DNA from: Octopus vulgaris
Lineage: Eukaryota
Length of the DNA stretch: 64,000 bases
NCBI GenBank assembly: GCA_951406725.2
Contig: OX597831.1
Coordinates: forward strand, 14,446,001-14,510,000
Reading direction: 5' to 3'
In this document: positions 1 to 13,599 of the stretch, one piece after another
How the letters are laid out: each line of letters begins with the position of its first letter
Numbering within the stretch: position 1 is the stretch's first letter
Position numbers and translations under genes: made by a program
Notes under the pieces: generated by a model
What the model was told of the DNA's origin: nothing
Databases searched by the model: none
What the model saw: the letters and a program-made list of their open reading frames with translations, nothing else

Positions 1-172
1 AAACCACATGCTATTTCGTTCGAAAGCAGAAGAGCCTTTTAGTGTGGTCTTGAAAGTTTTACGTACTATATATATATATATATATACATATATATTGATA
101 AAAATTGTAAGACAACAAAAGAAAGAAAGAGATCTCGATATTATGTAAATAGAGGATATACACACACACACA

Positions 173-238
<66 letters not shown>

Positions 239-601
239 AAATAAGCGTGTGAGTTACGATAGAAAGCTTTTGCTTATAGGTCTACTAAACAACATAATGC
301 TACACATAATGCCCGAAATGGTTGCACTTCCGGTGTCACCTTAAATTATATTCTCCTTCATCCACCATTAAATGTAGTGCTGCAATAGAGATGGATAGAT
401 AGATAGACAGATAGATTGAGACAAAGGGAGGGAGGAGGAGGCATTTTGATGGAAGTCAAGCCAATGGAGATGCAGATAAGATTTCTGTTGGTTATGGTAT
501 TTTCCGTTTGGTGAGCTACACTTACATGAGGATGTCGTAATCCAGATTTTTCTGCCAGAATCCAACTTTTAGCATGAAACACCACATAAGTAAGCAAATA
601 C

Positions 602-602
<1 letters not shown>

Positions 603-675
<73 letters not shown>

Positions 676-1013
676 CATATATATATATGTATATATATAC
701 ATATATATATGTATATATATATATGTATATATACATATATGTATATATACATATGCATACATATATATCTATATATATATACATAATGCTTACATACATA
801 TATATATATATATATATACATATATATATGTATATATGTATGCATCTATATATATATATCCATTTATGTACATATGTGCATATATATAGACATATATGTA
901 TATATATGTATATACATGTGTATATATAATGCATAATATATTTATACACACATATATTCATATGTATGTATGTATATATGAATGCGTGTTTGTGAATATC
1001 TGTGCATGTGCAC

Positions 1014-1051
<38 letters not shown>

Positions 1052-1075
1052 GTGTGTGTGATCGTGTGTGTGTGT
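603..1075. repeat. Compound (TA)n/(TG)n microsatellite
   Basis: Direct reading; it explains the overlapping YI/CV-rich ORFs. Confidence 0.95.
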
Positions 1076-1553
1076 AGCAATAGAATCTAAGAAACGGAAA
1101 TGATTCTGTTTTCTATTAACTGTGTGGAGATTCCTGGTCGCCTTCACCGGATATTGTCAAAGATAAAGACGGATATTACTGCCATTCAATTGTAAAACAG
1201 ATCGATTTCTGATTATTTTAACTTCTTTCACGAACATCGTTTTTTTCCTTTTCTTTTTCTCCTTTTGGTTTTGTTCGTTTGTCAAGAATCAATGTCGCGA
1301 TAATAAGAGACCAAAAGAGAGACGTGTAAAGTTTTGGCAAAGAATCAGACGTGCAGAAATCTCAAGAACAGAAATACAAAATAATTTCGAAAATGGCTAA
1401 AAAAACTAAATACTAATAAATAAATAAATAAACAAACAAAAAGCCACATGTGATGTCCAGTTTCTCGCTCTTTACTATTAATTGGTCAGTCTGTTTGTCT
1501 GAAAGACCACGGACAGCCACGTCTATATCTACTGACCACACACACGTATATAT

Positions 1554-1623
<70 letters not shown>

Positions 1624-2025
1624 ATGTATATGCGTATATATACATACATACACACATATATATATATATGTATACATATATATACATATATATATATGAT
1701 TGAAAATATTTACACATCGTCTGAGGAAACACGACTAGATCTCATTAGGCAAGGAAACGGTTGCATAATCATGTACATGATGCACACCTGGGGAACTACG
1801 TTGCGTAGAAACAATTGTAGTGATTGAGAATAAATGTCCAACCGTACTCCTTGTTGACTCCAAATTTTTTCAGCTTTTTGAATTATCTATTGACATACGA
1901 CAGAAGCCCAAATGCAAACCTGGAAGTATGTATAATATTTACTACTGGCTGGCTCAGGAAGAAATCTGAAGGCGGACGAACTTTATAATGTAATCTACTA
2001 CATTCTTAACACACACACACACACA

Positions 2026-2100
<75 letters not shown>

Positions 2101-2326
2101 TATGAGGGCTTTAGTTCACTTGTGTTCTAAATGAATAGGTACGCTGAAAAGTGTTATATTTGGTCGACAGTTAGGTTCCAAAAGCACAGCAAAAGCCGGA
2201 TCTAGGGATCCGTGTTAGGGTTCTGTTATAGCAGGTATATATTATATTAGAGGAAAAATGAAAAACAGACAGTGCAAGTATCTCAAGTCATTTAGAATAA
2301 TTTGATTAAGGTAAGGTGAATTTGAA

Positions 2327-2402
2327 GTCTTACAGCCGTTTCTGGGATAACCCAAGTGGTTGGTAAGCATGTCCGTGCACTGGGTAGTCCGTCAGCAGAG
2401 AC
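2327..2402 (-). ncRNA. Degenerate type-I hammerhead ribozyme motif (PLE-associated, long stem II, C at position 6)
   Basis: Minus strand: GUCU-CUGCUGA-C-GGACUACCCAGUG...CACUUGGGUUAUCCC-A-GAA-ACGGCUGU-A-AGAC. Stem I is GUCU/AGAC and stem III is near-palindromic. Confidence 0.6.
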
Positions 2403-2600
2403 AAGGTATGAATATTTTAGACAGGGAAAATTTACAGTTTACAAGGAATAAAATTCACAGTTTATAAGGAATAAAATAGAAGAATAAAGAATAAAAGTTG
2501 TTAGGAGAATTTTGGCAGGAGAATAATGTTCACAACTCATCTTTTTCCAGAAGATATGGATATTGGTACTTCCATGAAGATAAATAGATAGATATGTAAC

Positions 2601-2885
2601 TGTATAGGGTACAATTATACTTAAGGGCACAAAAGCTATTAAGCCTGTATGCTGAAAGAATACGCCGAATACGTCCTACCACTTCAAATATTCACTCCAG
2701 AAATTGATCAATCCAAAGCAAACCGAATTGTTTTATAAATTTTTAGCCAGCCTCCTTTTCCCGCTTTCAACCTGTGTAATTATTTGTGGAGTGAATATTT
2801 GAAGTGGTAGGACATATTCGGCGGCTTCTTTCAGCATACAGGCATAATAGCTTTTGTGCCCTTAAGTATAATTGCACCCTATACA
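2601..2885. repeat. Inverted repeat, ~99-bp arms (2601-2699 / 2787-2885), probable PLE terminal fold-back
   Basis: tgtatagggtacaattatacttaagggcacaaaagctatt... is mirrored by ...aatagcttttgtgcccttaagtataattgcaccctataca. Confidence 0.9.
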
Positions 2886-2995
2886 ATTATTTATCTACAT
2901 AAATGTATTTTACCTAAAAGGTTTTTATATGCTGGCTACCGATAAAATTCATTAATATATATATTCCTTCTTTTTTGGAGTTTTCCCTTTCTTCA

Positions 2996-3028
2996 TTCCA
3001 ACGAAGAGTCTTGCTCGAAACGTTAAAA
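2996..3028 (+). ncRNA. Degenerate minimal hammerhead motif in a PLE terminal remnant
   Basis: CCAACGA-A-GAGU-CUU-GCUC-GAA-ACGU-U; core mutated. The downstream gagcgtcaaactaat segment resembles the PLE ends at 23.5 and 30.4 kb. Confidence 0.45.
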
Positions 3029-3135
3029 TCTCTCTCCTTTCACCGAGCGTCAAACTAATATAATTCTTGTGCAAATCCTCATGTTCATTTTTTTTTCACT
3101 TTTCGTTTTCTGAATTGTTTGTTCACTGAATTGGA

Positions 3136-3308
3136 CATACATACATACATACATACATACATACGTATATACATACATAGATACATACATACATACATAC
3201 ATACATACATACATACATACATACATACATACATACATACGTATACACATACATAGATACATACATACATACATATATACATACATACATACATACATAC
3301 ATACATAC
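3136..3308. repeat. (CATA)n microsatellite
   Basis: Direct reading. Confidence 0.95.
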
Positions 3309-3405
3309 AACGCTCATACAAGTCTAGAATAGTTAGGGTGAAGGATTGTGTGGCATTTTATTAGATTAGGAATCTGGCAACGATTTCCGTTTCTCATTTC
3401 TCCGC

Positions 3406-3442
3406 GTGCCCTGAGAAAGGGGTCATAACCCCGAAATATTAC
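3406..3442 (+). ncRNA. Degenerate hammerhead motif
   Basis: CUGAGAA-A-GGGGU-CAUA-ACCCC-GAA-AUAU-U; G8 is changed to A and the 3' strand of stem I is missing. Confidence 0.4.
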
Positions 3443-3469
3443 AATGAAACGCAAAACTTTATCTGTCGT

Positions 3470-3720
3470 TTCTTGTAAGGAGCATGCGAGTAGATTCCTC
3501 AGACACCTCCCACTAAGTGGTTTTATCAGAGGCAACCGTCATTACACTCTTCCGTTGGATTTCCAATCGTGACCTGCTGAAAATAAAGATATTTAACCGT
3601 CTCGTTCTAGGTCTAACCCGTGGTCCCCTACCGGTTGGTTCGGCCTGAACAATCTCTCTTGTGATTCTTTCCTGCGACATTCTAACTACTTGTTCGTAGT
3701 ACCAGAGCTGTGACCACACA
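3470..3720 (-). mobile_element. RTE-clade LINE, 3' end fragment (decayed)
   Basis: Translation QLWYYEQVVRMSQERITREIVQAEPTGRGPRVRPRTRRL fits the RTE C-terminal pattern LRWxGHVxRMxxxRxxxxxxxxxxxGxRxRGRPRxRW. Confidence 0.75.
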
Positions 3721-3737
3721 ATGAGGAAAAGTAATTA

Positions 3738-3949
3738 GGCGGTGAGCTGGCAGAAACGTTAGCACGCCGGGCGAAATACTTAGCCGTATTTCGTCTGTTT
3801 TTACGTTCTGAGTTAAAATTCCGCCGAGGACAACTTTGTCTTTCAACCTTTCGGGGTCGATAAATTAAGTACCGGTTGCGTACTGGGATCGATATAATCG
3901 ACTAGCACTCCCTACCCAAATTTCGGGCCTTGTACCTAGAGCAGAAAAG
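3738..3949 (+). mobile_element. tRNA-derived SINE family A (Meta-domain-like body), tail variant 2
   Basis: Head ggcggtgagctggcagaaacgttagcacgccgggcg and body ctttgtctttcaacctttcggggtcgataaattaagtacc. TSD-like flanks aatgaggaaaagta / aatgagaaaaagta. Confidence 0.9.
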
Positions 3950-4947
3950 AATGAGAAAAAGTAGTGGCTCGACATGAAGAGGTTTCTATATCTTACAGAT
4001 ACGCACCCTGTCAAGTAATGTTACTCCAGAGATTCTTTGGCGGAACCCCATTTCAGCTGCCGGTATTCATGATTGCGCTCTTTTGGCTGATTATCGAATA
4101 TTTACGGCACGAAAACCGAACAAAAGATAGCAAGTTTGGAACTAATCCTCTCTTCGTAATCTCCCCCCAGAGAAGACCTAAACATATACGTTAACGGTGC
4201 CGCACAATGAAATTGAATCAAGAACCACGCGATTTCGAATTATTCTCTCAAAAGTAATGCTCATTTATTTACATTGTCTAGAATTAGTCTTGCATTAATC
4301 TCATAGCTTCAAAATTTCAACGACCGCGATTGCTTATTTTTAGAATGACATTGTGGAGTATGTGTGAGAGGCCAAATCTGGCAGATTTGAACATTAAAAA
4401 CAGCTACAATATTGGGCAGGATATGGTCAGTTTAAATGCCAAAGCGTTAAACCTATGTTTCTGAAAGAGAATCATGGAACCAAAATCTTCGAAGAGTCAT
4501 GCAAAATCCAACTCATGAAATATTTCATTGAAGTCGTTCGTAACAGATTTGAAAGGAATTCATTTGGCCGGTCAGAATGTCCAAGGGTGATGTCCTGTTA
4601 ATAGCTTCGTGTCATCTTCACGGTTTAGGTACTTACATTTCCTTCACTTGAGACATCACAGCTATGTTGTAAACAGTAGAAGTGTCGAGAATTAAATGAG
4701 TGCTTCTTTCGCCTTTGGCTTGGAATTTGAAATCTCTCTCGTGTAACACTTAGAGAAGGATGATCTCTGTATTACTTAGAACCACCTTTTCTCTCTTTCT
4801 CTGTGTGCATGTGCATACATATATACATACATACATACATACATACATACATACATACATACATGCCAGCATACATACATATATGCATACATTCATGAAA
4901 GCATACATACATATATACATACATGCATGCATACATACATACATACA

Positions 4948-4983
<36 letters not shown>

Positions 4984-4998
4984 TATATACATGCATAA

Positions 4999-5228
4999 GG
5001 CGGCGTGCCGGCTGAATCGTTAGCACGCCGGGCGAAATGCTTAGCAGTATTTCGTCTGCCGTTACGTTCTGAGTTCAAATTCCGCCGAGGTCGACTTTGC
5101 CTTTCATCCTTTCGGAGTCCAATAAATAAGTACCAGTTACGCGCTGGGGTCGATGTAATCAATTTAATCCCTTTGTTTGTTCTTGTTTGTCCTTCTGTGT
5201 TTAGCCTCCTGTGGGCAATAAAGGAATA
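4999..5228 (+). mobile_element. SINE family A, full length
   Basis: B box gagttcaaattcc, body ggtcgactttgcctttcatcctttcgg, tail tgtgtttagcctcctgtgggcaataaagg. Confidence 0.92.
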
Positions 5229-5268
5229 TATATACATGCATATATACATACACACGCATATATGTATG

Positions 5269-5334
<66 letters not shown>

Positions 5335-5369
5335 AAATGAATAAATAAGTATGTATATATGTATATAAA

Positions 5370-5592
5370 GGCGGTGAGCTGGCAGAAACGTTAGTACGCC
5401 GGGCGAAATGCTTTGTGGTATTTCGTCTACCGCTACGCTCTGAGTTCAAATTCCGCCGAGGTCGACTTTGCCTTTCATCCTTTTGGGGTCGATTAAATAA
5501 GTACCAGTTACGCACTGGGGTCGATATAAACGACTTAATCCGTTTGTCTGTCCTCTCTGTGTTTAGCCCCTTGTGGGTAGTAAAGAAATAAG
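5370..5592 (+). mobile_element. SINE family A, full length
   Basis: Near-identical to 4999-5228; aaataagtatgtatatatg is duplicated on both flanks. Confidence 0.92.
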
Positions 5593-5724
5593 TATGTATA
5601 TATGCATATATATATAGTGAAAAGGAGAAAGAAAAAAGAGTGAGAGATAAGTAGATGTATAAATACATCGGTATCGGCATAGATACACGCACGCACACAC
5701 ACACACGCTAACATGCACATATAG

Positions 5725-5905
5725 TTCAAGTTTATAGAAAACAATAGAGGAAACAGGTGTAGAAACAACGAGCAGGTGTATAAATTTAACGCTCGAGAAC
5801 AATAGAAAAGTCTTTTACGTTTCGAGCCTAGGCACTTCGACAGAAAATATTGAGAGGGAAAAATATAACGGAGAGAGAATGAGAAAAAAAGGAGAGAGAA
5901 AAAAT
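5725..5905 (-). mobile_element. PLE terminal (pLTR) remnant with a U6 hammerhead-like motif at 5812-5847
   Basis: Minus strand UUUU-CUGUCGA-A-GUGC-CUAG-GCUC-GAA-ACGU-A-AAAG; homologous to 23470-23657 and 30350-30530. Confidence 0.65.
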
Positions 5906-6171
5906 ACGAAAACTTTCTTTAAGAAATATTCCTATAACTCAAATGGTAATGGAAACCAAAACTCAAAAAATGTCTTCAGTAAAACCTTGAAATGCTGAAT
6001 CAAAACTACTTGAAAGGAACTAGCGAGAGGGCGTTTAACCGAGAGCTTTTGGATGCAACTAGAAAAATCTCTCAAACGACATCCAAAAGTGTTCTATAAA
6101 TAAATACGATATTACATAAGCATTTTCATGTAAACTATTTCTGCGACCTCGCTCACTCCGGAAATTAATGG

Positions 6172-6398
6172 ACAAGTGGCTGAGTACTCCGCAAGCACAT
6201 GTACCCTTAATGTAGTCCTCAGAGAGATTCAGCGAGACACTGAATGTAAAATGGCTGGCCCTTTGAAATACAGGTACAACTCATTTTTGCTAGCTGAGTG
6301 GACAGGAGTAACGTGAGATAAAGTGTCTTGCTCAAGGACACAACTCATGACCTTTCGATTGTGAGTCGAATCTTCTAACCACTAAGCCACGCGCCTTC
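6172..6398 (-). mobile_element. tRNA-derived SINE family C
   Basis: Minus-strand head gaaggcgcgtggcttagtggttag, followed by gtgtccttgagcaagacacttt. Confidence 0.85.
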
Positions 6399-6723
6399 CT
6401 GGAGGTTGAATTATTCCTGTTAGTTCACACACACACACACACACACACATATATTTGTGTGTATATGTGTGTCTGAGTATACACACGCGCGCTCGCACAC
6501 AAACACGCAAACACATTTTTTTCCTTTATTCTTTTATTTGTGTCAATCATCTGGCTTGCGCCACGCTGGAGCACCTCCTTGATATATATATAGCAAAAGA
6601 ACATGTTATAATTCTATTCCACAGCCACGCATATTTCCATCATCAGCTGCTCCACTGATATCATTATGGTTTCGACACCTGAGCAGTACCATACAATATA
6701 TACATATATAATATATATAAATA

Positions 6724-7258
<535 letters not shown>

Positions 7259-8124
7259 AAGCGTTCACACCAAACGACATTTCCGTCAAAACTCAACCTC
7301 TTTGTCAATTTGTTGTTATTGGCAATGTTGCTTCCTTAACAAATGAACATCATCGATAGAAAGACTTCCCGGTCAAACAACATCATCTTCGTCACAAAAT
7401 CGATCCTCTTTCAATCAATATCGTTCTGAAAGCAAATTCATTCACTAAAATCACATTCCTAGTGAAATCCCGATCAATCATTGCAAACCGGTCAAGCCAA
7501 TATTTTTGTCAAACCAGCATCCTGCTCTGAATATCATTTTCCTCAAAGCAGCGTCATTGACATGACAGTACCAGGGTCGACGTAATATCTTTACAAATAC
7601 GTCTTTCTTAAACATGGCAAATGCCATCTTTCTGAAAGCAACGTCATTGACAACACTGAATCGTTTTCAATGCAATGTTGTTGCTAAAGTTACATCTTTG
7701 TACAAACTATTTTCTCTAAAGCAAAGTTATTGACAAGGCAGTATTGTTGACAACGTAAAACTTTTTTCAAATTAACATCATTGTCTGTACAGCATGTATT
7801 ATCAAACCTATACGCGCTTATGAAAGCAATATCTTTGTCATATTAACATCCATTTTTTTCCTTAACGTCTCTGTCTCCAAAGCCCCACAGCAATTTATAT
7901 TCGTTGATGAAGATTGCATGTATTTTTACACAAATGCACACAGATAAACACTCGTACATAAACACATAGGAACATATAAGCAGGGAATCCTCACAAATTC
8001 TTACGAAACACACAAATGTACACACATGCTCGAGTATTGACTCAGTTGTTATTACACATACATGTAAAACCTGATACGCACGTACGCACAGTAGTGTAGT
8101 TTGTAACTCTTACGTAATAATTAT

Positions 8125-8510
8125 TTCTAATATAGGCAGAAGGCCAACAATTCTGAGGGGAGGGCCAAGTTGATTGCATCAACCTCAGTACTTGATGAGG
8201 GCTTTATTACATCGACCCCGAAAGGATAAAGGGCAGAGTTGACAATGGCAGGATTTGAACTGAAAAGCAGAAATAATCCTCTCCACTATAGGCACAAAGC
8301 CTGACACTTGGGGGGAAGAGGCTAATCGATTACATCGACCCCAATGTTTAAATAGACCCCGAAAGGATAAAGGGTAGAGTTGAACTCGGCGGAATTTGAA
8401 CTCAGAACGTAAAAGCGGCGAAATACCGCTAAGCATTTGGCCCGGCCAGCTAATGATTCTACCATACTCAGCAATTTGTACGACGCGCTAATGATTCTGC
8501 CAGCTCGCAA
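8125..8510 (-). mobile_element. Older family A-related SINE fragments, tandem
   Basis: Repeated acatcgacccc / gaccccgaaaggataaagg / ggaatttgaactcagaacgt blocks. Confidence 0.75.
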
Positions 8511-8524
8511 CCTGAAATTTACAG

Positions 8525-8565
<41 letters not shown>

Positions 8566-8836
8566 ACACACGAAGGCATATAAGACAAAATGGAGGCCCA
8601 AATAGTTGTTATTGTTAAGCGTCAGCTCTCTTCACAGGCGTTCCAGCCGTGCTCATCTCGACTTTCTTTTTGTCAGACGTTATGTTTTTTAGAACTACAT
8701 TATCCCATGTGGAATATTTGGCTGCTGTTTCTGGCAGGTTGATCTACCATATAATGCGAGCCTCTCTTTGGGTGGTTTCGTTGTAATCAATAAACGAGAT
8801 TTTAAAAAGTAAAAATGTATTCAGCTTCAAGTCAGC

Positions 8837-8910
<74 letters not shown>

Positions 8911-9090
8911 AGAAAAAGAGAGAGGAAGAGAGAGAGAAGGAGAGAGTGAGAGAGGGGGAGAGTTATGTGCGCGCGCGTGCGTGTGTGGAGGAGAGAGAGG
9001 GAGAAATTGAACAGATCATGACGTCAATGTGAAGTGGTTGTCATGACAATTACAAACACAAAGGAACAAACTGTTATCACACACACACAC

Positions 9091-9140
<50 letters not shown>

Positions 9141-9176
9141 GCACACATATGCGTACATACACAGACATACACATGA

Positions 9177-9225
<49 letters not shown>

Positions 9226-9270
9226 CTCTTATTAATATATATAACCGCATCTACGCTCATATAAGTATAT

Positions 9271-9692
9271 ATTTCTTTATTGCCCCACAGGGGGCTAAAC
9301 ATAGAGGAGACAAAGAAGGACAGACAAACGGATTAAGTCGATTATGTCGACCCCAGCGCGTAACTGGTACTTATTTAAACGATCCCAAAAGAATGAGAGG
9401 CAAAGTCGACCTCGGCGGAATTTGAACTCAGGACGTAACGGCAGACGAAATACCTATTTCTTTACTACCCACAAGCGGCTAAACACAGAGAGGACAAACA
9501 AGGACAGACAAACGGATTAAGTCGATTACATCGACCCCAGGGCGTACTTAAGAACTGGTACTTAATTTATCGACCCTGAAAGGAGGAAAGGCAAAGTCGA
9601 CCGCGGCGGAATTTGAACTCAGGACGTAGCGGCAGACGAAATACTGCTAAGCATTTCGCCCGGCGTGCTAACGATTCTGCCGGCTCGCCGCC
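9271..9692 (-). mobile_element. SINE family A with a duplicated 3' two-thirds
   Basis: One head (ends 9692) and two body-plus-tail units (9271-9452, 9453-9640). Confidence 0.88.
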
Positions 9693-10326
9693 TGGACTGG
9701 AGCAATGTAAAAGCGTCTTGTTCAAGGCTACAATGCACTGCCAAGAATCGAACTCGAGACATTGCTATCATGAGCCGAATACCTTAACCACATGCCATTC
9801 TCAGTAACAGCAGCGACACCTGGACGACAAAGCCGATCCAATTGGAGGGTCCTAAGACTGTCCAAAGTGTAAGTTGATGGAATCAGTTGATTCAATGAGT
9901 TAATATGGAAGGGAAAGTGATTAGATTTAATTACGATGTCAGCATCGGAGTTGGGAAAGCGGGGAATCGACGGGAGACCGTTTCGAGAGAAATCCGGTCT
10001 TCATTGAAGGACTCACGTCAGATGTCATCGGCTCAGTATAAGTATTATTAGAACTCTACATACACACATAAACACACACACACACACACACACGCACACA
10101 CGCACACACACACGCACATCACACACGCACACGCACACACGCACACACACGGACACATACGCACGCACGCACAAACACGCACACACACGCACACACATGC
10201 GCGCACACATACACACGCACATACACACATACGCACGCACACACACACACACACACACTCACACACGCACACGCTCACACACGCACATCACAAATGCGCA
10301 CACGCACACAAACACACACACATACG

Positions 10327-10453
10327 CACGCACACACGCATGGACACACGCACACACGCATGGACACACGCACACACGCATGGACACACGCACACACGCA
10401 TGGACACACGCACACACGCATGGACACACGCACACACGCATGGACACACGCAC
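10327..10453. repeat. 20-bp minisatellite (tggacacacgcacacacgca), 5 perfect units plus partial units
   Basis: Identical units start at 10341, 10361, 10381, 10401 and 10421, inside a (CA)n/(CACG)n field. Confidence 0.95.
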
Positions 10454-10873
10454 GCACAAGATGTATTCATTGATATAGACGCGCGCACATACACACATTT
10501 ATGCATATGTGTGTGTTTGTGTGTGTGTGTGTGTTTGTGTGTGTGTGTTTGTGCGTGTGTGTGTGTTTGTGTGTGTGTGTGTGTTTGTGCGTGTGTGTGT
10601 GTGTCTAAATGTTTGTTTTTATATTCAGTTGTAATGAAAACAATTTCATATTTAATCTGATGGCTTTCTCTATACTTTTCTTGGGTTCAAAATTATTATT
10701 CTTAGACAAGAGTATTATTGAAAGTGACTTCGAAGTTTCGGCCAGTAAATCCGTCGTCGCGCGACACTTTAACTTGCTCGACATCCAAGTCACTGTTGAT
10801 GATATTCTTATTCAAGAATAATACACACACACACACGCGCGCATCATATCTAGCTATAGCTTCAAGACTGCAA

Positions 10874-11172
10874 GTGAAGGCGCGTGGTCTCCTGGTTAGA
10901 ATATTCGGCTCATGACCGCAAGATTGTGAGTTCGATTCCCGGTAGCTCCGTATGTCCTCTCGTTGCGTTGCTGCAGTCCTCTCAGGCGGCAAGAAGTAGC
11001 TGCACCTGTAAGTCAAAAGATCCGGTCTTGTCACGCTCAATCTTCCCCGAGGACTACCTTAAGGATACTCGTGTCTGTGGAGTCCTCAACCACTTGCAAG
11101 TTAATTTCACGAGCAGGCTGTTCCGTTGATTGGATCAACTAGGACCCTCGTCGTCGCAACCGACGGAGAGCC
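10874..11172 (+). mobile_element. SINE family C
   Basis: Head gtgaaggcgcgtgg, B box gagttcgattcc, tail gttaatttcacgagcaggctgttccgttgat...gtcgtcgcaaccgacggag. Confidence 0.88.
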
Positions 11173-11387
11173 AGGTACAAGAACGGTTCACCAGTTAGGA
11201 AGTTCACTTCGCAAAAATGCACTTTCGAGTTTAGCTCCATTGCATGGTAGTCCGGAAGGCGTCTTCTATGGTAGTTCGGTTCCGCTTTAAATATTTCGAG
11301 TGAATCTGGGAGGCGGAAACTGTGTAGAAGCCCATCGTATTTATACATACAAGCATACATACATGGGCATTCACATACACACACATA

Positions 11388-11725
11388 CTTAAGTCCTTCA
11401 CTCCCTATGAAGCATAGGCCATCGACGACCTTCTCCCACTATTTTCCTACTCTGGCTTGTCTTTCCCTGAGGGAAGGCCCTTCTTTGTCAGGCCTTGTTA
11501 ATTTTGAATTGTTATCGATGCTTCTGTTACTTTATTTTTTTTCCAATTAGAAGCATTGTTCCTATGTAAATCCATTTTTAACTCTGGGACGAAGTGGTCC
11601 TTATTAATTTGGCCTGTATCCTTTGACCTGTCCAGTATAGGAGGCCTTACCAAGAGGTTGTGCTATGCTGGCATAACCTTCAGCGTCTTTGGGGCACACA
11701 AGCTACAGTACTGCAGCAATGGCCT
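11388..11725 (-). mobile_element. Probable bipartite non-autonomous RTE derivative (5'UTR-like part joined to a 3' tail)
   Basis: Minus strand ends in ggcctatgcttcatagggagtgaaggacttaag (RTE-type 3' end). It begins with agcttgtgtgccccaaagacgctgaaggttatgccagc...tggtaaggcctcctatactggacaggtcaaagg, which resembles RTE 5'UTRs. Confidence 0.5.
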
Positions 11726-11870
11726 ACATCTCTGAAGAGTACGTGGTGCTAGTTTACCGTGCTGTTATCTAATATCAGGTTATCGATATCGGATTCCCAG
11801 TGCGAAACCGATTACTAAGAACGGTTGAAATGAATCTATGATACTGTTTATACTTGTGTGTGTATGTGCG

Positions 11871-11976
<106 letters not shown>

Positions 11977-12255
11977 GTGTGTGTTTTGTGTGTGTGTATG
12001 TAAATGAGGTTGGAAGGAAAGTCTTGGCAACCTTTGGTCTAGAATGAGGAGAAACTGAGAGAGAAAAATGTTCCAAGAAAAACTAATCCGGGCTCTTAAA
12101 GCTTCATTTCCGTTGTTAGAACGCACATATATCACCGGATCCATTGCTGAGGGGCCTCTTTCCAATTCAGTATGCTGTGGCTGATAGAAGTCCGATTTAA
12201 ATTCATTTTAAAAGGGTAAAATCGATAGGAATTTTACCACAGTGGTATAAAGTAA

Positions 12256-12469
12256 GGCGGCGAGCTGGCAGAAACGTTAGCACGTCGGGCGAAATGCTTA
12301 GCAGTATTTCGTCTGCGTTTCGTTGTGAGTTCAAATTCCACCGAGGTCGACTTTGCCGCTCATCCTTTCGTACCAGTTACGCACTGGGGTCGATGTAATC
12401 GACTTAATATCTATGTCTGTCCTTGTTTGTCCCCTCTGTGTTTAGCCCCTTGTGGGTAATAAAGAAATA
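12256..12469 (+). mobile_element. SINE family A with a 12-bp TSD
   Basis: ggtataaagtaa at 12244-12255 and 12470-12481. Confidence 0.93.
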
Positions 12470-12952
12470 GGTATAAAGTAAGCTGCAAAGAATGAGAGAA
12501 AGAAACCTCATTAGAACACAGAACTTAATGCTTCTCCTGATCTGTGTATGGAAGAAGAACCTTCTCAGTGATCGTTTCAAAAACGTGACAGGTCTTTCTT
12601 TCCCATCTAACACACACAGTTGTCATGCTTATGTGGCATGAGATCCGTTCTGCCTGGCCGGATTATAGATTACTGGTTGTGTTATTGTTTTTGTTTGTTT
12701 GTTGTGTTTAATAAATAAATGACAGGCTTCGGTTATGTGGCTTGTTGTTGTAATGATATGAGTTGGAAGGTGAAGGAAGGATAGGCGTGCGACGGGATAT
12801 GTCAGAAATATAGGAACCTTTATATAACATACAACACAATAAATGTACGAAATAGATAAGTGAAGGAGTAATTATCGGCTTTAATAGCGAAGAGAAAGAT
12901 AGACGGATAGATAGGTAGATAGATAGAGAAATAGTAAGGGAGAGAGAGGTGT

Positions 12953-13002
<50 letters not shown>

Positions 13003-13156
13003 AATGCTGAGAAAGTACTAATAATAAACGGAAGCTGAAGATAATGAATGGTATGAGTGAAGTTGATATCGTATTTTATCACAACTTTCACAGTGGTATT
13101 GTTGCTTTTGTCACTTTTGTCTCCGGTTTAGTTATAACTCGGATTACATTCTCCAG

Positions 13157-13532
13157 ACACGCTGGACGAAATGCTTAACGGAATTTCACTCGTCGCTACG
13201 TTCTGAGTTCAAATTCCGCCGAGGTCAACTTTGCTCGTCATCCTTTCGAGGTCGATAAGTTAAGAACCAGTGAAACACTGGGGCTGATGTAATCGACCAG
13301 TCTGCTCCCCACGAAATTTCAGGCCTTGTGCGCCTATAGTAGAAAGAATTTAGAACTTAACGGTATTTCACCCGTCGCAACGTTCTGAGTTCAAATTCCG
13401 CCGATGTCGACTTACCTTTTATCCTTTCGGGGGTCAATAAAATGAGTCCCAGTCGAGCATTGGGGGTTGGATTCAATGTAATCGACTTATCTCCTCTCCC
13501 GAAATTGCTGGCATTGTGCCAAAAATTTGGAA
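13157..13532 (+). mobile_element. Two tandem 5'-truncated family A SINEs (tail variant 2)
   Basis: Two cgttctgagttcaaattccgccga blocks, near 13199 and 13381. Confidence 0.85.
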
Positions 13533-13599
13533 CCATTGTTATTAGTAATAAGGCGGTGGGCTAAGAAAGCTCTAAGCAAGATCAAGACAAGTGCTGGGC

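Noticed and set aside
9840-10035. GC-richer unique stretch that could be an exon or an RTE 3' end
   Set aside because: No good splice sites, and only vague RTE resemblance.
10609-10821. 70-aa ORF containing SVVARHFN, reminiscent of PLE GIY-YIG C-termini
   Set aside because: A single short motif with no supporting upstream GIY/YIG motifs.
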